Positions 17,631 to 27,102 are shown, counted from the stretch's first letter. The stretch: 50,297 bases of DNA from Candidatus Methylomirabilota bacterium (GCA_035644155.1 DASQPC010000081.1:1-50297); one strand, 5' to 3'. Notes: generated from the sequence alone by a model not told the origin. Made by a program: numbers and translations.

Positions 17631-18638
17631 ATGGATGCTATTAAGAACAGAGTTGAAAAATTAGTACAAAAGGTTCAGGTTGATGAAAAAAGAAAAATAA
17701 TTCGGGCAATCGAGGCAGAAAGTACTCATGCAAATTTTTGGCAAGATCATCAGGCAGCTGCAATAAAAATGAAAGAACTTTCAAATCTCCAAAAAGAAAT
17801 TGAGGAAATAGAATTGCTGCAAATGTGGATTGCGGAAGGAGAGTATGAGGAAGCAGAAAAACTTTTGAAGAAACTAGAACTGCTGCTTTTTTATTCAGGA
17901 CCGCATGACAAAGGTAATGCAATTTTGGCAATTCACTCAGGACAAGGAGGAACAGAAGCAATGGATTGGGCGGAGATGTTATTTCGGATGTATACACGAT
18001 ATTGTGAAAGAAAAAAGTGGTCGTATGATATTTTGGATCAGACACCAGGCGAGGAAGCTGGAATTAAAAGTATTACCATTGCTGTCAGTGGTTTGTATGC
18101 GTATGGTAATTTAAAGCATGAAGCTGGAGTTCATCGTTTGGTTAGGCAATCTCCTTTTAACGCAGATAAATTGCGACAGACTTCTTTTGCGATGGTTGAA
18201 GTATTGCCGGAAGTTGAACAAGCAGAAGGAGTGGATCTCAAAGACGAAGATATTGAATTTGAAGCCTACAGAAGTGGTGGACATGGAGGGCAAAATGTTA
18301 ACAAAGTTTCAACTGCAGTAAGACTGAAGCATAAACCAACAGGTATTGTCGTAACAGCCCAAACGCAGCGTTATCAAGCACAGAATAGAGAATTTGCGAT
18401 GAAACTGCTTCGTGCAAAATTATGGGCGATCCAAGAAGAGGAACGAAAGAAAAAAGAAGCAGAGTTGAAAGGTGGTTACAAAACACCTGGTTGGGGGAAT
18501 CAAATAAGATCCTACGTTTTGCATCCCTACAAAATGGTAAAAGATCTTAGAACAAATATTGAATCCGGCAATCCTGATAAAATTTTAGATGGAGATTTGG
18601 ATGCATTTATTGAAGAAGAACTACGAGTTCTTGCCTAA
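17631..18638 (+). CDS. prfB: Peptide chain release factor 2, encoded as one uninterrupted ORF
   Basis: 335 aa with the GGQ motif ([12 protein letters not shown]) and the RF2-specific SPF tripeptide (QSPFNAD). There is no in-frame TGA or CTT-TGA-C shift site near the 5' end. Confidence 0.9.
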   Translation: MDAIKNRVEKLVQKVQVDEKRKIIRAIEAESTHANFWQDHQAAAIKMKELSNLQKEIEEIELLQMWIAEGEYEEAEKLLKKLELLLFYSGPHDKGNAILAIHSGQGGTEAMDWAEMLFRMYTRYCERKKWSYDILDQTPGEEAGIKSITIAVSGLYAYGNLKHEAGVHRLVRQSPFNADKLRQTSFAMVEVLPEVEQAEGVDLKDEDIEFEAYRSGGHGGQNVNKVSTAVRLKHKPTGIVVTAQTQRYQAQNREFAMKLLRAKLWAIQEEERKKKEAELKGGYKTPGWGNQIRSYVLHPYKMVKDLRTNIESGNPDKILDGDLDAFIEEELRVLA

Positions 18639-19379
18639 CTGCTTTCCTTTTTTCCATTTTACTGATGTGAGGAGTGATGCGTATACGTCGTCTTCAAGTT
18701 TGATTTTCAATTCATCTAATTCTTTTTTTGTAGGATTTCTTTTTTGAAACGTGACAAAGGGTAGATCAGTAATTATTGCAAGAGGTTGTTGTTCATTACC
18801 TTCTCCCATGGTAACAACTGCGGCTGCTGCCAAAGCATCAGCAATATTAGATTTTTCTGCATGCATAAGTCGTCCATAAATATCTGGCTTTCCAATATAG
18901 CTATTGACTGCTTGAAAACCACTATGGACAATAGCATAACCTGTTACTCCCCAACGAAGTGGTGTCAGTTTGCTATCTGTCAGGATAACGCCGAGATATT
19001 TCACTTGGTGTTTTTTTGCCAAATATTCCCTTATCTCATTGACACTTTTCTGTGGATCTTTGGGCCAAAGAGAAAGGTAATCGTTGCTATTTGATTCATC
19101 AATGCCCGCTGATGCGACGAGAAGATTCTGATTGATTGTCATCATAAAACCATATTGATTATATTCACGAGGAAGATAATAGTCTGCTTCTTGTTTGGCG
19201 AGTTGATCTTTTTGGTCGTCTGATATTTTTTTGACAACACGTCCTTCACAAATACCAACAATTTTTGATGCGATGACAACAACACTTTTCTCTTCAAGTT
19301 TTGGAAGAACGGTGTCAAAAATAGTGTACAAATTTTCGTTTGGTTGTATTTTGTGTGTTTTGTATGGTAAGACATTCAT
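18621..19379 (-). CDS. CofE-like (F420-0:gamma-glutamyl ligase family) protein; candidate non-canonical folylglutamate/dihydrofolate synthase
   Basis: 252 aa with CofE-family-like segments ([45 protein letters not shown]). It is the last gene of the folate operon, 5 nt after the folK stop. The functional call is by context only. Confidence 0.55.
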   Translation of the reverse strand: MNVLPYKTHKIQPNENLYTIFDTVLPKLEEKSVVVIASKIVGICEGRVVKKISDDQKDQLAKQEADYYLPREYNQYGFMMTINQNLLVASAGIDESNSNDYLSLWPKDPQKSVNEIREYLAKKHQVKYLGVILTDSKLTPLRWGVTGYAIVHSGFQAVNSYIGKPDIYGRLMHAEKSNIADALAAAAVVTMGEGNEQQPLAIITDLPFVTFQKRNPTKKELDELKIKLEDDVYASLLTSVKWKKGKQLGKNS

Positions 19380-19383
19380 GATT

Positions 19384-19839
19384 TTATTCCCCGCTTTTAT
19401 TAAATATTTCTTGTATAGTTTTTTTCAAAACGGGATGGATAAAATTTGAGTCAAGATCCATAAATGGTTTGAGAACAAAGTCTCGTTCTGCAATTTTTGG
19501 ATGAGGGATTTGAAGGGTTTCGTTTTTGAAAATAAGATTATTATAAAAGAGAATATCGATATCAATTTCTCGTGGTCCATTACGAAATCTTTCTTTTCTT
19601 CCGATTTGTTTTTCTAACTGTTTTGCAAAATTAAGAAGTTCAATTGGTGAGAGTTTTGTTTCTCCTTTTAGGACAGTATTTAAAAAAGTATCTTGTTGTT
19701 CAAGGTACATCGGTTTGGTCTCATAAAGTTTGGCAACGGAAATATTTTTGACATGTTTTTCCAGAAGTTTGATTGCTTTATTAATATTTTCTTTTTTATT
19801 TTCTATGTTTGAGCCAAGTGCAAGAAAGATAATATGCAT
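19384..19839 (-). CDS. folK: 2-amino-4-hydroxy-6-hydroxymethyldihydropterin pyrophosphokinase (HPPK)
   Basis: 151 aa with the motifs IFLALGSN, REIDIDILFY and LQIPHPKIAERDFVL. Confidence 0.9.
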   Translation of the reverse strand: MHIIFLALGSNIENKKENINKAIKLLEKHVKNISVAKLYETKPMYLEQQDTFLNTVLKGETKLSPIELLNFAKQLEKQIGRKERFRNGPREIDIDILFYNNLIFKNETLQIPHPKIAERDFVLKPFMDLDSNFIHPVLKKTIQEIFNKSGE

Positions 19840-19875
19840 GAAGGTATTATATGAGAAAAAATTTATTTTGTAAAT

Positions 19876-21939
19876 TCATGCATTTTTCAGAATAGCTTCT
19901 GTTAGAGCTTTTGCTTTGAGGAGCATTTCTTCATATTCTTTTTGTGGATCTGAATCTATGAGTATTGCTCCGCCTGTTCCGATAGTGACAGTATTATTTT
20001 TTATGATCATCGTTCTGATGACAATAGCAAGAAGTGCAGTCTGGTTAAGACTTAAAAATCCAAGTGTCCCGGAATAAATGCCTCGGGTTTTTTTTTCAAG
20101 ATCTTCAAGAATTTCCATGCTTCGTAATTTTGGCGCACCTGTCATTGATCCGCCTGGAAAACATGCTTTAATGCAATCAATAAGTGTTACATCATTTCGC
20201 AGTTTTCCTTTTATCGTTGAAACAAGTTGATGAACTGTTTCGTAAGATTCAATATCCATGAGTTTTTCAACTTTAACAGATCCAAATTCACAGACTTTTC
20301 CAAGATCATTTCGTAGGAGATCGACAATCATTGCATTTTCTGACCAATCTTTTTTGCTTGATTGTAATTGCTTGGTAAGTTTTTTATCTTCTACTTTTGT
20401 CCGACCGCGCTTACGTGTTCCTTTAATTGGTTTTGTTTCAACGATACCATTTTGATCAATCTTTAAAAACTCTTCTGGTGAGGATGAAAGTATTGAGAGA
20501 TCATTATATTTGATATAGGCAGCATAAGGTGCTGGATTAATTTTTCGTAAGGTTTGGTAAATATGAAATGGATCTGTTTTTGTTTTCGTTGTTAAAGTAT
20601 TTGTTAAACAGATTTGATAACTTTCTCCTTTTGCCAAATATTTTTTACATATCGCGATATCTTTAAGATATTGCTGATGATTTCGATCAAGGTGAAAATT
20701 TATTTGAGAGTTGTTATGGTGAATAGGTTTCGTCTCAGGATGACGGAGTATTTGGAGTTTTTTCTTTATTTCTCCAAACCATTTTTCAGCCGCAGTTTTA
20801 TTTTTTGCCAAACAGACTAAGAAGACTTTTTTTTCTTGATGATCAAAGACTATTGTTTGTGTCGTAAAATACCAAAGACTATCGGGATAAGGCGAGATAT
20901 ATTTTTGTTGTTTTTTCTGGTTGTTTTTTAATTCATAGCCAAAGTATCCGACATAGCCGCCGATAAAAGGAAAGGGAAGATCAGAATTTCTTATTAATCG
21001 CTTTTTTAGCTGCTGATTCAAATAGAAAAAGATATTTTGATCAATCTGTTTGGTCGTTACTTTTTTTTGTACGATAATTTTTTTAGCTTTGATTGAGTAA
21101 GTAATTATTTCAGTTGGTATTCCCATGTACGAAAATCTGTTTTTATCATTAGGAAGATTACTATCAAGCCAAAAAGCATTTTGTTCTTTTGCAAAAAGCG
21201 TTATGAAGATATCTTCAGGGTCAATCCAATCAGAGAGTTGTTGATAGTGAATGAAACTTTTTTTACTATAACTTTTCTCCGCAAGATCAATAATTTTTTT
21301 TATTCTTTGCAGTAATTTTTCTGCGTTTTGTAGTTTTTTACCATTGATATGACTTACTTTTTGAATACGTAAGCTGTTTACCAAGACTAATGGGCCATTT
21401 GTATTTTCTGGAATATCTTCTTCGATGACTTTTATATTTTCCATGATGAGTTGCCTGGTAATTCCTTTGAGTCCTTTGCCAGCAAGTGGAGGGGTGATAA
21501 TTTCTCCTTTTTTATTTAATGAAAAAATATTACAAATTGTTGATTCGATAAATTTTTGATCTTTCACGAAGAGTGCGTCATCTGTGCCTTTTTTTTCTGC
21601 AATTTTTTTGGCTTTTTCGTTAACAAGACGATTAGTTGTTTTATATATTTTAGTAGCATCACGGGTGTCGGGAAGAGAAATAACTTTTACTCCTTTTTTT
21701 ATTTTTGGCAGTTCACGATGCTGAAAAGTTATTTCATTATTTTGTTGAACAGTAATATGTAGTGAGCAATTTTGTAAATTATTTTGCGTGAGATATGTTA
21801 CTATCTGTTTTTCTAAATCGAGAGGAGGTGAAGGGAAACCAAGTGCTTTACCATGATCCGTTAAGCGTTTTTGATGTTTTTCAGAAAAAAGTGGTATGCC
21901 ATTTTTGATTTTTAGAGTTGTAAAAATGCCAATATGCAT
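19876..21939 (-). CDS. pabC-pabB: Fusion: aminodeoxychorismate lyase-like (PabC, N-terminal) and aminodeoxychorismate synthase component I (PabB, C-terminal)
   Basis: 687 aa. The N-terminal ~220 aa are class-IV aminotransferase-like (KIYKTTNRL, GITRQLI). The C-terminal chorismate-utilising domain shows PGGSMTGAPK and RGIYSGTLGF. Confidence 0.75.
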   Translation of the reverse strand: MHIGIFTTLKIKNGIPLFSEKHQKRLTDHGKALGFPSPPLDLEKQIVTYLTQNNLQNCSLHITVQQNNEITFQHRELPKIKKGVKVISLPDTRDATKIYKTTNRLVNEKAKKIAEKKGTDDALFVKDQKFIESTICNIFSLNKKGEIITPPLAGKGLKGITRQLIMENIKVIEEDIPENTNGPLVLVNSLRIQKVSHINGKKLQNAEKLLQRIKKIIDLAEKSYSKKSFIHYQQLSDWIDPEDIFITLFAKEQNAFWLDSNLPNDKNRFSYMGIPTEIITYSIKAKKIIVQKKVTTKQIDQNIFFYLNQQLKKRLIRNSDLPFPFIGGYVGYFGYELKNNQKKQQKYISPYPDSLWYFTTQTIVFDHQEKKVFLVCLAKNKTAAEKWFGEIKKKLQILRHPETKPIHHNNSQINFHLDRNHQQYLKDIAICKKYLAKGESYQICLTNTLTTKTKTDPFHIYQTLRKINPAPYAAYIKYNDLSILSSSPEEFLKIDQNGIVETKPIKGTRKRGRTKVEDKKLTKQLQSSKKDWSENAMIVDLLRNDLGKVCEFGSVKVEKLMDIESYETVHQLVSTIKGKLRNDVTLIDCIKACFPGGSMTGAPKLRSMEILEDLEKKTRGIYSGTLGFLSLNQTALLAIVIRTMIIKNNTVTIGTGGAILIDSDPQKEYEEMLLKAKALTEAILKNA

Positions 21940-21958
21940 ATTATGCTAGCGAATAAGT

Positions 21959-22522
21959 TTATTTTCGATTATTGATAATTGTCATGAATTCTTCTCGCGT
22001 TGCTTGTTCTGTTCTGAAGTTTCCAAGGACTGCTGCTGTTACCATAACAGAATTTTGTTTTTCAACGCCTCGCATCATCATACATAAATGTTGTGCTTCG
22101 ATGACGACACCAACGCCAAGTGGATTAAGAATATCTTGCAGTTCTTGTGCGATTTGCTGTGTAAGTCGTTCTTGGACTTGAAGACGTTTTGCAAATCGGT
22201 CAACGATGCGGGCAATTTTACTCAGTCCAATAATTTTGTCTTTTGCGATATATCCGACATGACATTTGCCAAAAAAAGGCAGGAGATGATGTTCGCAGAG
22301 ACTGTATAGTTCAATATCGCGAAGAATGATCATGTTATGAACTCGCTCTGTGAAAATGGCGTTATTGATAGTTTGTTTGCGTGTTGTTTGATACCCGTTT
22401 GTGAGATCGGCAAACATACGAGAGACACGTTCTGGAGTTTTTTTGAGTCCTTCACGATTTGGATCTTCACCAAGTTCTGACAAAAGTTCTCGAATTAATT
22501 TTTCAATTCTTTTATTTCGCAT
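21959..22522 (-). CDS. folE: GTP cyclohydrolase I
   Basis: 187 aa with CEHHLLPF and [15 protein letters not shown] motifs. Confidence 0.95.
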   Translation of the reverse strand: MRNKRIEKLIRELLSELGEDPNREGLKKTPERVSRMFADLTNGYQTTRKQTINNAIFTERVHNMIILRDIELYSLCEHHLLPFFGKCHVGYIAKDKIIGLSKIARIVDRFAKRLQVQERLTQQIAQELQDILNPLGVGVVIEAQHLCMMMRGVEKQNSVMVTAAVLGNFRTEQATREEFMTIINNRK

Positions 22523-22538
22523 ATTACTTTTTATATTT

Positions 22539-22901
22539 CTATTTGTTTTTTCTGATGATTTCGATTGCTGATGACTTTGCTAGTTTTACAGCTTTGGGTT
22601 TTTCTATATATACTTTGACTTGTTTTACTCGTTTATCTTTGAGACACACATCTGCAACTTCCTGTGCAAGTTTTTCAAGTAAATAATATGAAGAGTTACT
22701 AACCAGCTCAACGACCGCCAAAGACAGATCATGATAACTAACAGTATCGTTAAGATTGTCTGTTTTGCCTGCTTTTCGTGTATCAATAGAAAGTGCAATA
22801 GTAATAGTAATTAGTTGTTTTTCCGTGCGTTCGCTTTCAAAGACGCCAATAATACAAGGAATAATAAGATCATTAATAAAAAGCGTATCGAGCTGTTTCA
22901 T
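22539..22901 (-). CDS. folB: Dihydroneopterin aldolase
   Basis: 120 aa with FolB-like [12 protein letters not shown] and DTVSYHDL segments. It sits between folP and folE. Confidence 0.8.
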   Translation of the reverse strand: MKQLDTLFINDLIIPCIIGVFESERTEKQLITITIALSIDTRKAGKTDNLNDTVSYHDLSLAVVELVSNSSYYLLEKLAQEVADVCLKDKRVKQVKVYIEKPKAVKLAKSSAIEIIRKNK

Positions 22902-23719
22902 AAAAATTTTTCAAGAACTGTGATAAATTTTTTCGTTTCTATGATGTCATGTGTTCTGATAATTGTAGCGCCATTTTGTAAAGCAATTGCGGTCTCGGCA
23001 AGTGAAGGTGTCAGTCTTTCTGTAGGTTTGGTGTCAATACCTCTTTCGTCTTTTAAAATTATTCCCAGATGGCTTTTTCGTGAGACACCAATCGCGATTG
23101 GAAGGTTGAATTTTTGGAATGCTTTTAGTCTTTTGATAATTTCAATATTTTGCGAAACGCTTTTGCCAAAACCAATTCCCGGATCAAGAATGAATTGCTC
23201 TTTTTTAACGCCATTTTTTATACCAATTGCAATTTGTTGTTCAAAAAAATCAGCAATTTCTTGTAGAACATCGTTGTAGTGGGTATCTCCTTTTTGCATG
23301 GTTTTTGGTTGGCCTTTAATGTGGTAAATAATTATTTTGCAATTATTTTTGGCGACAACCTTGACTAATGCTGGGTCAAACAGAAATCCACCTAAGCTAT
23401 TTATAAGAGTACAGCCATTTTTTATTGCTTCTTCTGCGACTTTACTTTTCCATGTATCAATTGAAAGCGTACCATTGGGTAAGTCTTTTTTAATTGCTTT
23501 AATAACAGGTATGACTCTTCGCAGTTCTTCTTGTGCTTCAACCTGTTCTGATCCCGGACGAGTTGATTCACCGCCGATATCAATAATATCAGTGCCTTCA
23601 GAAAGCATTTGCCTTGTACGTTTGACTGCTTTTTGCGTACTACTATAGTAGTCTCCACCATCTGAGAAGGAGTCTGGAGTTATATTAAGAATTCCCATAA
23701 GAAGGATTTTGTTACGCAT
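22898..23719 (-). CDS. folP: Dihydropteroate synthase
   Basis: 273 aa with the motifs GILNITPDSFSDGG, IIDIGGESTRPG and DPGIGFGK. Confidence 0.95.
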   Translation of the reverse strand: MRNKILLMGILNITPDSFSDGGDYYSSTQKAVKRTRQMLSEGTDIIDIGGESTRPGSEQVEAQEELRRVIPVIKAIKKDLPNGTLSIDTWKSKVAEEAIKNGCTLINSLGGFLFDPALVKVVAKNNCKIIIYHIKGQPKTMQKGDTHYNDVLQEIADFFEQQIAIGIKNGVKKEQFILDPGIGFGKSVSQNIEIIKRLKAFQKFNLPIAIGVSRKSHLGIILKDERGIDTKPTERLTPSLAETAIALQNGATIIRTHDIIETKKFITVLEKFL

Positions 23720-23725
23720 GCCGCC

Positions 23726-23754
23726 ACTCTACAATAAGTCTTTGTGGGTGTCAA
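23726..23754 (-). promoter_or_regulatory. Sigma70-like promoter of the folate operon, with leaderless geometry
   Basis: On the minus strand, TTGACA (23754-23749), a 17-nt spacer, TAGAGT (23731-23726), then only GGCGGC (6 nt) before the folP ATG. No Shine-Dalgarno is possible. Confidence 0.45.
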
Positions 23755-23813
23755 GAGTTTTTCAGGCTGTTGCCAAAGATTTGGAAATGTGCTTTACTAG
23801 ATGTGTTACTGCC

Positions 23814-24263
23814 ATGGATCAAAAGATACAAAAACCTCCAGTTATGCATTCATTTACTGAGCCAAGAAAGAAATCATCTTCTAGGAAGGTTTTTATGATT
23901 TTTGTTTTGCTTGTCGTTCTAGGTATTGGGAGTGGTTTTCTCTTCGCTAAATATACCAAAGCAACGGGGAATCAGATTATTCCATCGATTGGGCCAAGTA
24001 TGAAAGGCAAAACATTTGGCACCAATGATACGCAAACATTTAAAGATACAGCAGAAGGAAAATTGGCAAGCGGAGGAGTAAATGGCGAAGGACAATATCA
24101 TCTTGTCCGGCCAGGAGGAGATAGCCAAAATGTCTATCTCACATCATCTTTTGTTGATTTATCTCAATTCGTTGGAAAGAAGATAAAAGTGTGGGGTGAG
24201 ACACAAAAAGCTCAGACAGCTGGATGGTTGATGGATGTAGGCAGAGTTGAAGTACTAGAGTAA
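23814..24263 (+). CDS. Hypothetical single-pass membrane protein upstream of ftsE
   Basis: I chose the start at the ATG at 23814 (MDQKIQ...), because the TTG at 23709 would overlap folP and its promoter. It has one TM helix (VFMIFVLLVVLGIGSGFLF) and a ~100-aa extracytoplasmic domain. Confidence 0.5.
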   Translation: MDQKIQKPPVMHSFTEPRKKSSSRKVFMIFVLLVVLGIGSGFLFAKYTKATGNQIIPSIGPSMKGKTFGTNDTQTFKDTAEGKLASGGVNGEGQYHLVRPGGDSQNVYLTSSFVDLSQFVGKKIKVWGETQKAQTAGWLMDVGRVEVLE

Positions 24264-24267
24264 ATTT

Positions 24268-24966
24268 ATGATCAAACTTCAGAATGTTTCCAAAAAATTT
24301 GGGGCGGGAGATGTCGCGTTGGAAGACATTTCTTTTACTATTGAATCTGGCGAATTTGTTTTTGTCGTTGGACCTTCTGGTTCTGGCAAGACAACGCTGT
24401 TTCGATTATTAATACGCGAAATGAAGCCGACTATCGGTGAAATTCATGTTGGTGAGTGGGATATTGCTAATTTGCCTACTCAGCGGATTCCGTATCTTCG
24501 CAAGAAAATTGGTGTCGTTTTCCAAGATCTGAAACTCTTAAGAGATAGAACAATTTTTGAAAATGTTCTTTTTCCTTTGGAAGTTGCGGATATGGAGGAG
24601 AATGCTGCGAGACAACGAGTTGAGGAAATTCTTGAACAAGTTGGTATTGCACAACACAGAGATAAATTTCCTATCCAGTTATCTGGAGGAGAATTACAAC
24701 GAGCTGCAATTGCGAGAGCTTTAGCTTTTTCGCCAGAAATTCTTTTGGCAGATGAACCAACAGGTAATTTGGACAATGCGACATCATGGGAAATTGTAAA
24801 ATTACTCCAAGATATCAACCACGCGGGTACAACAATTTTGATGGCAACGCATAATACTGATATTGTGAATAGTCTTTTAAAACGAGTTCTCACAATTGAA
24901 AAAGGTAAGCTTGTAAAAGATGAGGTAAAAGAAAAGAAAGAAAGGTCAAAAAAGGAAGAAAAATGA
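24268..24966 (+). CDS. ftsE: Cell-division ABC ATPase FtsE
   Basis: Walker A GPSGSGKTT, ABC signature LSGGELQR and Walker B LLADEPTGNLD. Its stop overlaps the ftsX start (ATGA). Confidence 0.9.
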   Translation: MIKLQNVSKKFGAGDVALEDISFTIESGEFVFVVGPSGSGKTTLFRLLIREMKPTIGEIHVGEWDIANLPTQRIPYLRKKIGVVFQDLKLLRDRTIFENVLFPLEVADMEENAARQRVEEILEQVGIAQHRDKFPIQLSGGELQRAAIARALAFSPEILLADEPTGNLDNATSWEIVKLLQDINHAGTTILMATHNTDIVNSLLKRVLTIEKGKLVKDEVKEKKERSKKEEK

Positions 24967-25829
24967 GACAAGTAAAAACAAGTTGGAAACATATTCGCCG
25001 TAACCCTTATCAAGCACTTGCTGCGATTTGTATTATGCTTTTGACATTTTTGGCGATTTCAGTTTTTGCTTTTATTGTTTTTGGTTCATCAGTGGTGATT
25101 AAATATTTTGAGTCAAAGCCGCAAGTAACAGCTTTCTTTAAAGACGAGGCCCAGCAATCAGATATTGATACTCTCAAAAATACCCTAGAACAGACAGGGA
25201 AAATTTCTCATATTCGTTTTATTTCCAAACAAGAAGCGCTCCAGATTTATAAAGCACAAAATAAGAACGATCCATTGCTTTTGGATCTGGTTACCGCAGA
25301 TATTTTGCCTGCGTCTTTGGAAATCTCAACTGGCAATATTGATGATTTGGGAACAGCTTCGGATACGCTGAAAAACTCTCCAATTGTCTCTGAAGTTGTT
25401 TATCAAAAAGATGTTGTCTCGACGCTGACACAGTGGACAAACGCGGCACGTATTATTGGCATTATTTTAATTGTTGTTCTTGCGCTCGTGTCAATTTTTA
25501 TCATGATGACGGTTATTGGATTTAAAGTATCACAAAAGCGGGATGAAATTGAAATCATGCGACTGCTTTCGGCGACGAATTGGTACATTAGGTGGCCGTT
25601 TGTTTTGGAAGGGGTTTTCTATGGAGTAGTTGGGACATTCTTTGGCTGGTTGATTGCCTCAGCGGGACTTTTCTATGCAACGCCATATTTGCAGTCATTT
25701 TTGAAGGGGATTCCACTCTTGCCTGTATCCCCGATTTTCTTACTTGAATTACTTGCAGGGGAATTACTTATTGCAGTCATTCTTGGTGTACTCGCAAGCT
25801 CTCTTGCAGTGCTTCGGTATTTGAAGTAG
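24963..25829 (+). CDS. ftsX: Cell-division ABC permease-like protein FtsX
   Basis: 288 aa. The topology is TM1, a large extracytoplasmic loop and three C-terminal TMs, typical of FtsX. It is translationally coupled to ftsE. Confidence 0.85.
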   Translation: MRQVKTSWKHIRRNPYQALAAICIMLLTFLAISVFAFIVFGSSVVIKYFESKPQVTAFFKDEAQQSDIDTLKNTLEQTGKISHIRFISKQEALQIYKAQNKNDPLLLDLVTADILPASLEISTGNIDDLGTASDTLKNSPIVSEVVYQKDVVSTLTQWTNAARIIGIILIVVLALVSIFIMMTVIGFKVSQKRDEIEIMRLLSATNWYIRWPFVLEGVFYGVVGTFFGWLIASAGLFYATPYLQSFLKGIPLLPVSPIFLLELLAGELLIAVILGVLASSLAVLRYLK

Positions 25830-25848
25830 AATAGGAACACTTCTGCCT

Positions 25849-27102
25849 ATGCTGTATTTTAGAAAAAAACTCATTGTCTTTTTTTGTGTAACCTTTTTGC
25901 TTTTTACTTCGCGCGCATTTTTTGTTTATGCAGATGATATACCTACTCCCACTGAAAGCGTAACCCCTACAGGAGGAAACGCACAGCAATTATCAGATTT
26001 ACAGAGAAAGATCAATGAACTGGAAGGAAAAGTTGCGGATCTTAAGTCACAGGAAGATACTCTTTCATCACAGATTGGTACGATGGACAATCAAATAAAA
26101 TTAACAGAATACCGCATTGATGCGACAAGACAACAAATTACGGATTTGAGTCTTGATATTGATTCAGCAACAAAACGAATGTCAACCCTTGAAGGATCAC
26201 TCAGCAATGTTACCAAAACACTCCTCAATAGAATTGTCGCAACGTATCAAATGGGAGGAGCAGGGCCGATGCAAGTATTACTTGCCTCAAATGATATTTC
26301 AGATTTAGCGTCACGTGCTAACTACCTTCGTATTGTACAAGCGCATGATAAACAGCTTTTGTATGATACGCAACAAGCGCGAAATGATTATGCTAATCAA
26401 AAATTGATTTTTGAAAACAAGAAAAAGCAAATTGAAGGACTCAAGACGCAGCTTGAAGCATATAACAAAGATCTTGATCAGCAAAAAGATGCCAAACAAA
26501 AACTCCTTGCTGACACCCAGGGAGATGAAGAAAATTATCAACATTTGCTTTCCCAGGCAAAGGCACAACTGGCTGGATTTAGTAATTTTGCCATCAGCCA
26601 AGGTGGCGCATCACTTCTGAGTAATCAAACCGTCTGTGATGATTGGGGATGTTATTATAATCAACGTGATTCTCAATGGGGGGGAGCAGCGCTCAATGGA
26701 ACGCAATATAGTATTGCTAGTGATGGATGTCTGATGACATCAATGGCGATGGTATATACTCATTATGGGCATAAAGGCGTGACGCCACTGACAATTAATA
26801 GTAATCCAAATAATTTTGCTTCATACTATCCTGCTTATTTAAAATATACGATTAGTGCAGATGGTGCGACTTCTTCACGTGTGGGCGCTCAAGTTGATGG
26901 TGAGTTGAGTGCAGGAAGGCCGGTTGTAGTTGGTATTAGCTACGATGGAGGGCCACTTCCTGATCATTTTGTTGTTCTGATTAGCGGTTCAGGTGGTAGT
27001 TATCAAATGAATGATCCCTTTACGCCAAATGGACACAATATTGCTTTTACGAGTAAGTATCCAGTTGGAAGTATACGAGAAATTGACAAAGTGGTCTTCT
27101 AA
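25849..27102 (+). CDS. Secreted coiled-coil protein with a C-terminal papain-fold (C39-like/CHAP-like) cysteine peptidase domain; putative FtsEX-controlled cell-wall hydrolase
   Basis: 417 aa with a signal/anchor helix and about 230 aa of heptad-rich coiled coil (as in EnvC and PcsB). The C-terminal domain has candidate catalytic residues: Q (YYNQRDSQW), Cys (SDGCLMTSMAMV) and His (PDHFVVL). Confidence 0.65.
   Translation: MLYFRKKLIVFFCVTFLLFTSRAFFVYADDIPTPTESVTPTGGNAQQLSDLQRKINELEGKVADLKSQEDTLSSQIGTMDNQIKLTEYRIDATRQQITDLSLDIDSATKRMSTLEGSLSNVTKTLLNRIVATYQMGGAGPMQVLLASNDISDLASRANYLRIVQAHDKQLLYDTQQARNDYANQKLIFENKKKQIEGLKTQLEAYNKDLDQQKDAKQKLLADTQGDEENYQHLLSQAKAQLAGFSNFAISQGGASLLSNQTVCDDWGCYYNQRDSQWGGAALNGTQYSIASDGCLMTSMAMVYTHYGHKGVTPLTINSNPNNFASYYPAYLKYTISADGATSSRVGAQVDGELSAGRPVVVGISYDGGPLPDHFVVLISGSGGSYQMNDPFTPNGHNIAFTSKYPVGSIREIDKVVF

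Noticed and set aside
17631-17720. Programmed +1 frameshift site in prfB.
   Set aside because: The ORF is continuous from its ATG. There is no CTT TGA C or internal stop, and the upstream gene's stop lies only 12 nt before the ATG.
24963-24966. Possible UGA recoding, as in some candidate phyla (Gracilibacteria/SR1).
   Set aside because: TGA gives sensible gene ends with ATGA stop/start overlaps (ftsE/ftsX, wHTH/secD), and a full RF2 gene is present. The standard code 11 applies.
24480-25013. Long antisense or alternative-frame ORFs inside confidently assigned genes. Examples are 933-1322, 6694-7113, 8184-8642, 12821-13255, 14576-14980, 17641-18045, 22815-23279, 24480-25013, 27545-27961, 33138-33500, 34530-34961, 35349-35858 and 46629-46994.
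   Set aside because: These are shadow ORFs typical of AT-rich DNA. They have low-complexity or hydrophobic-junk translations and no motifs, and each is fully overlapped by a gene with clear family signatures.
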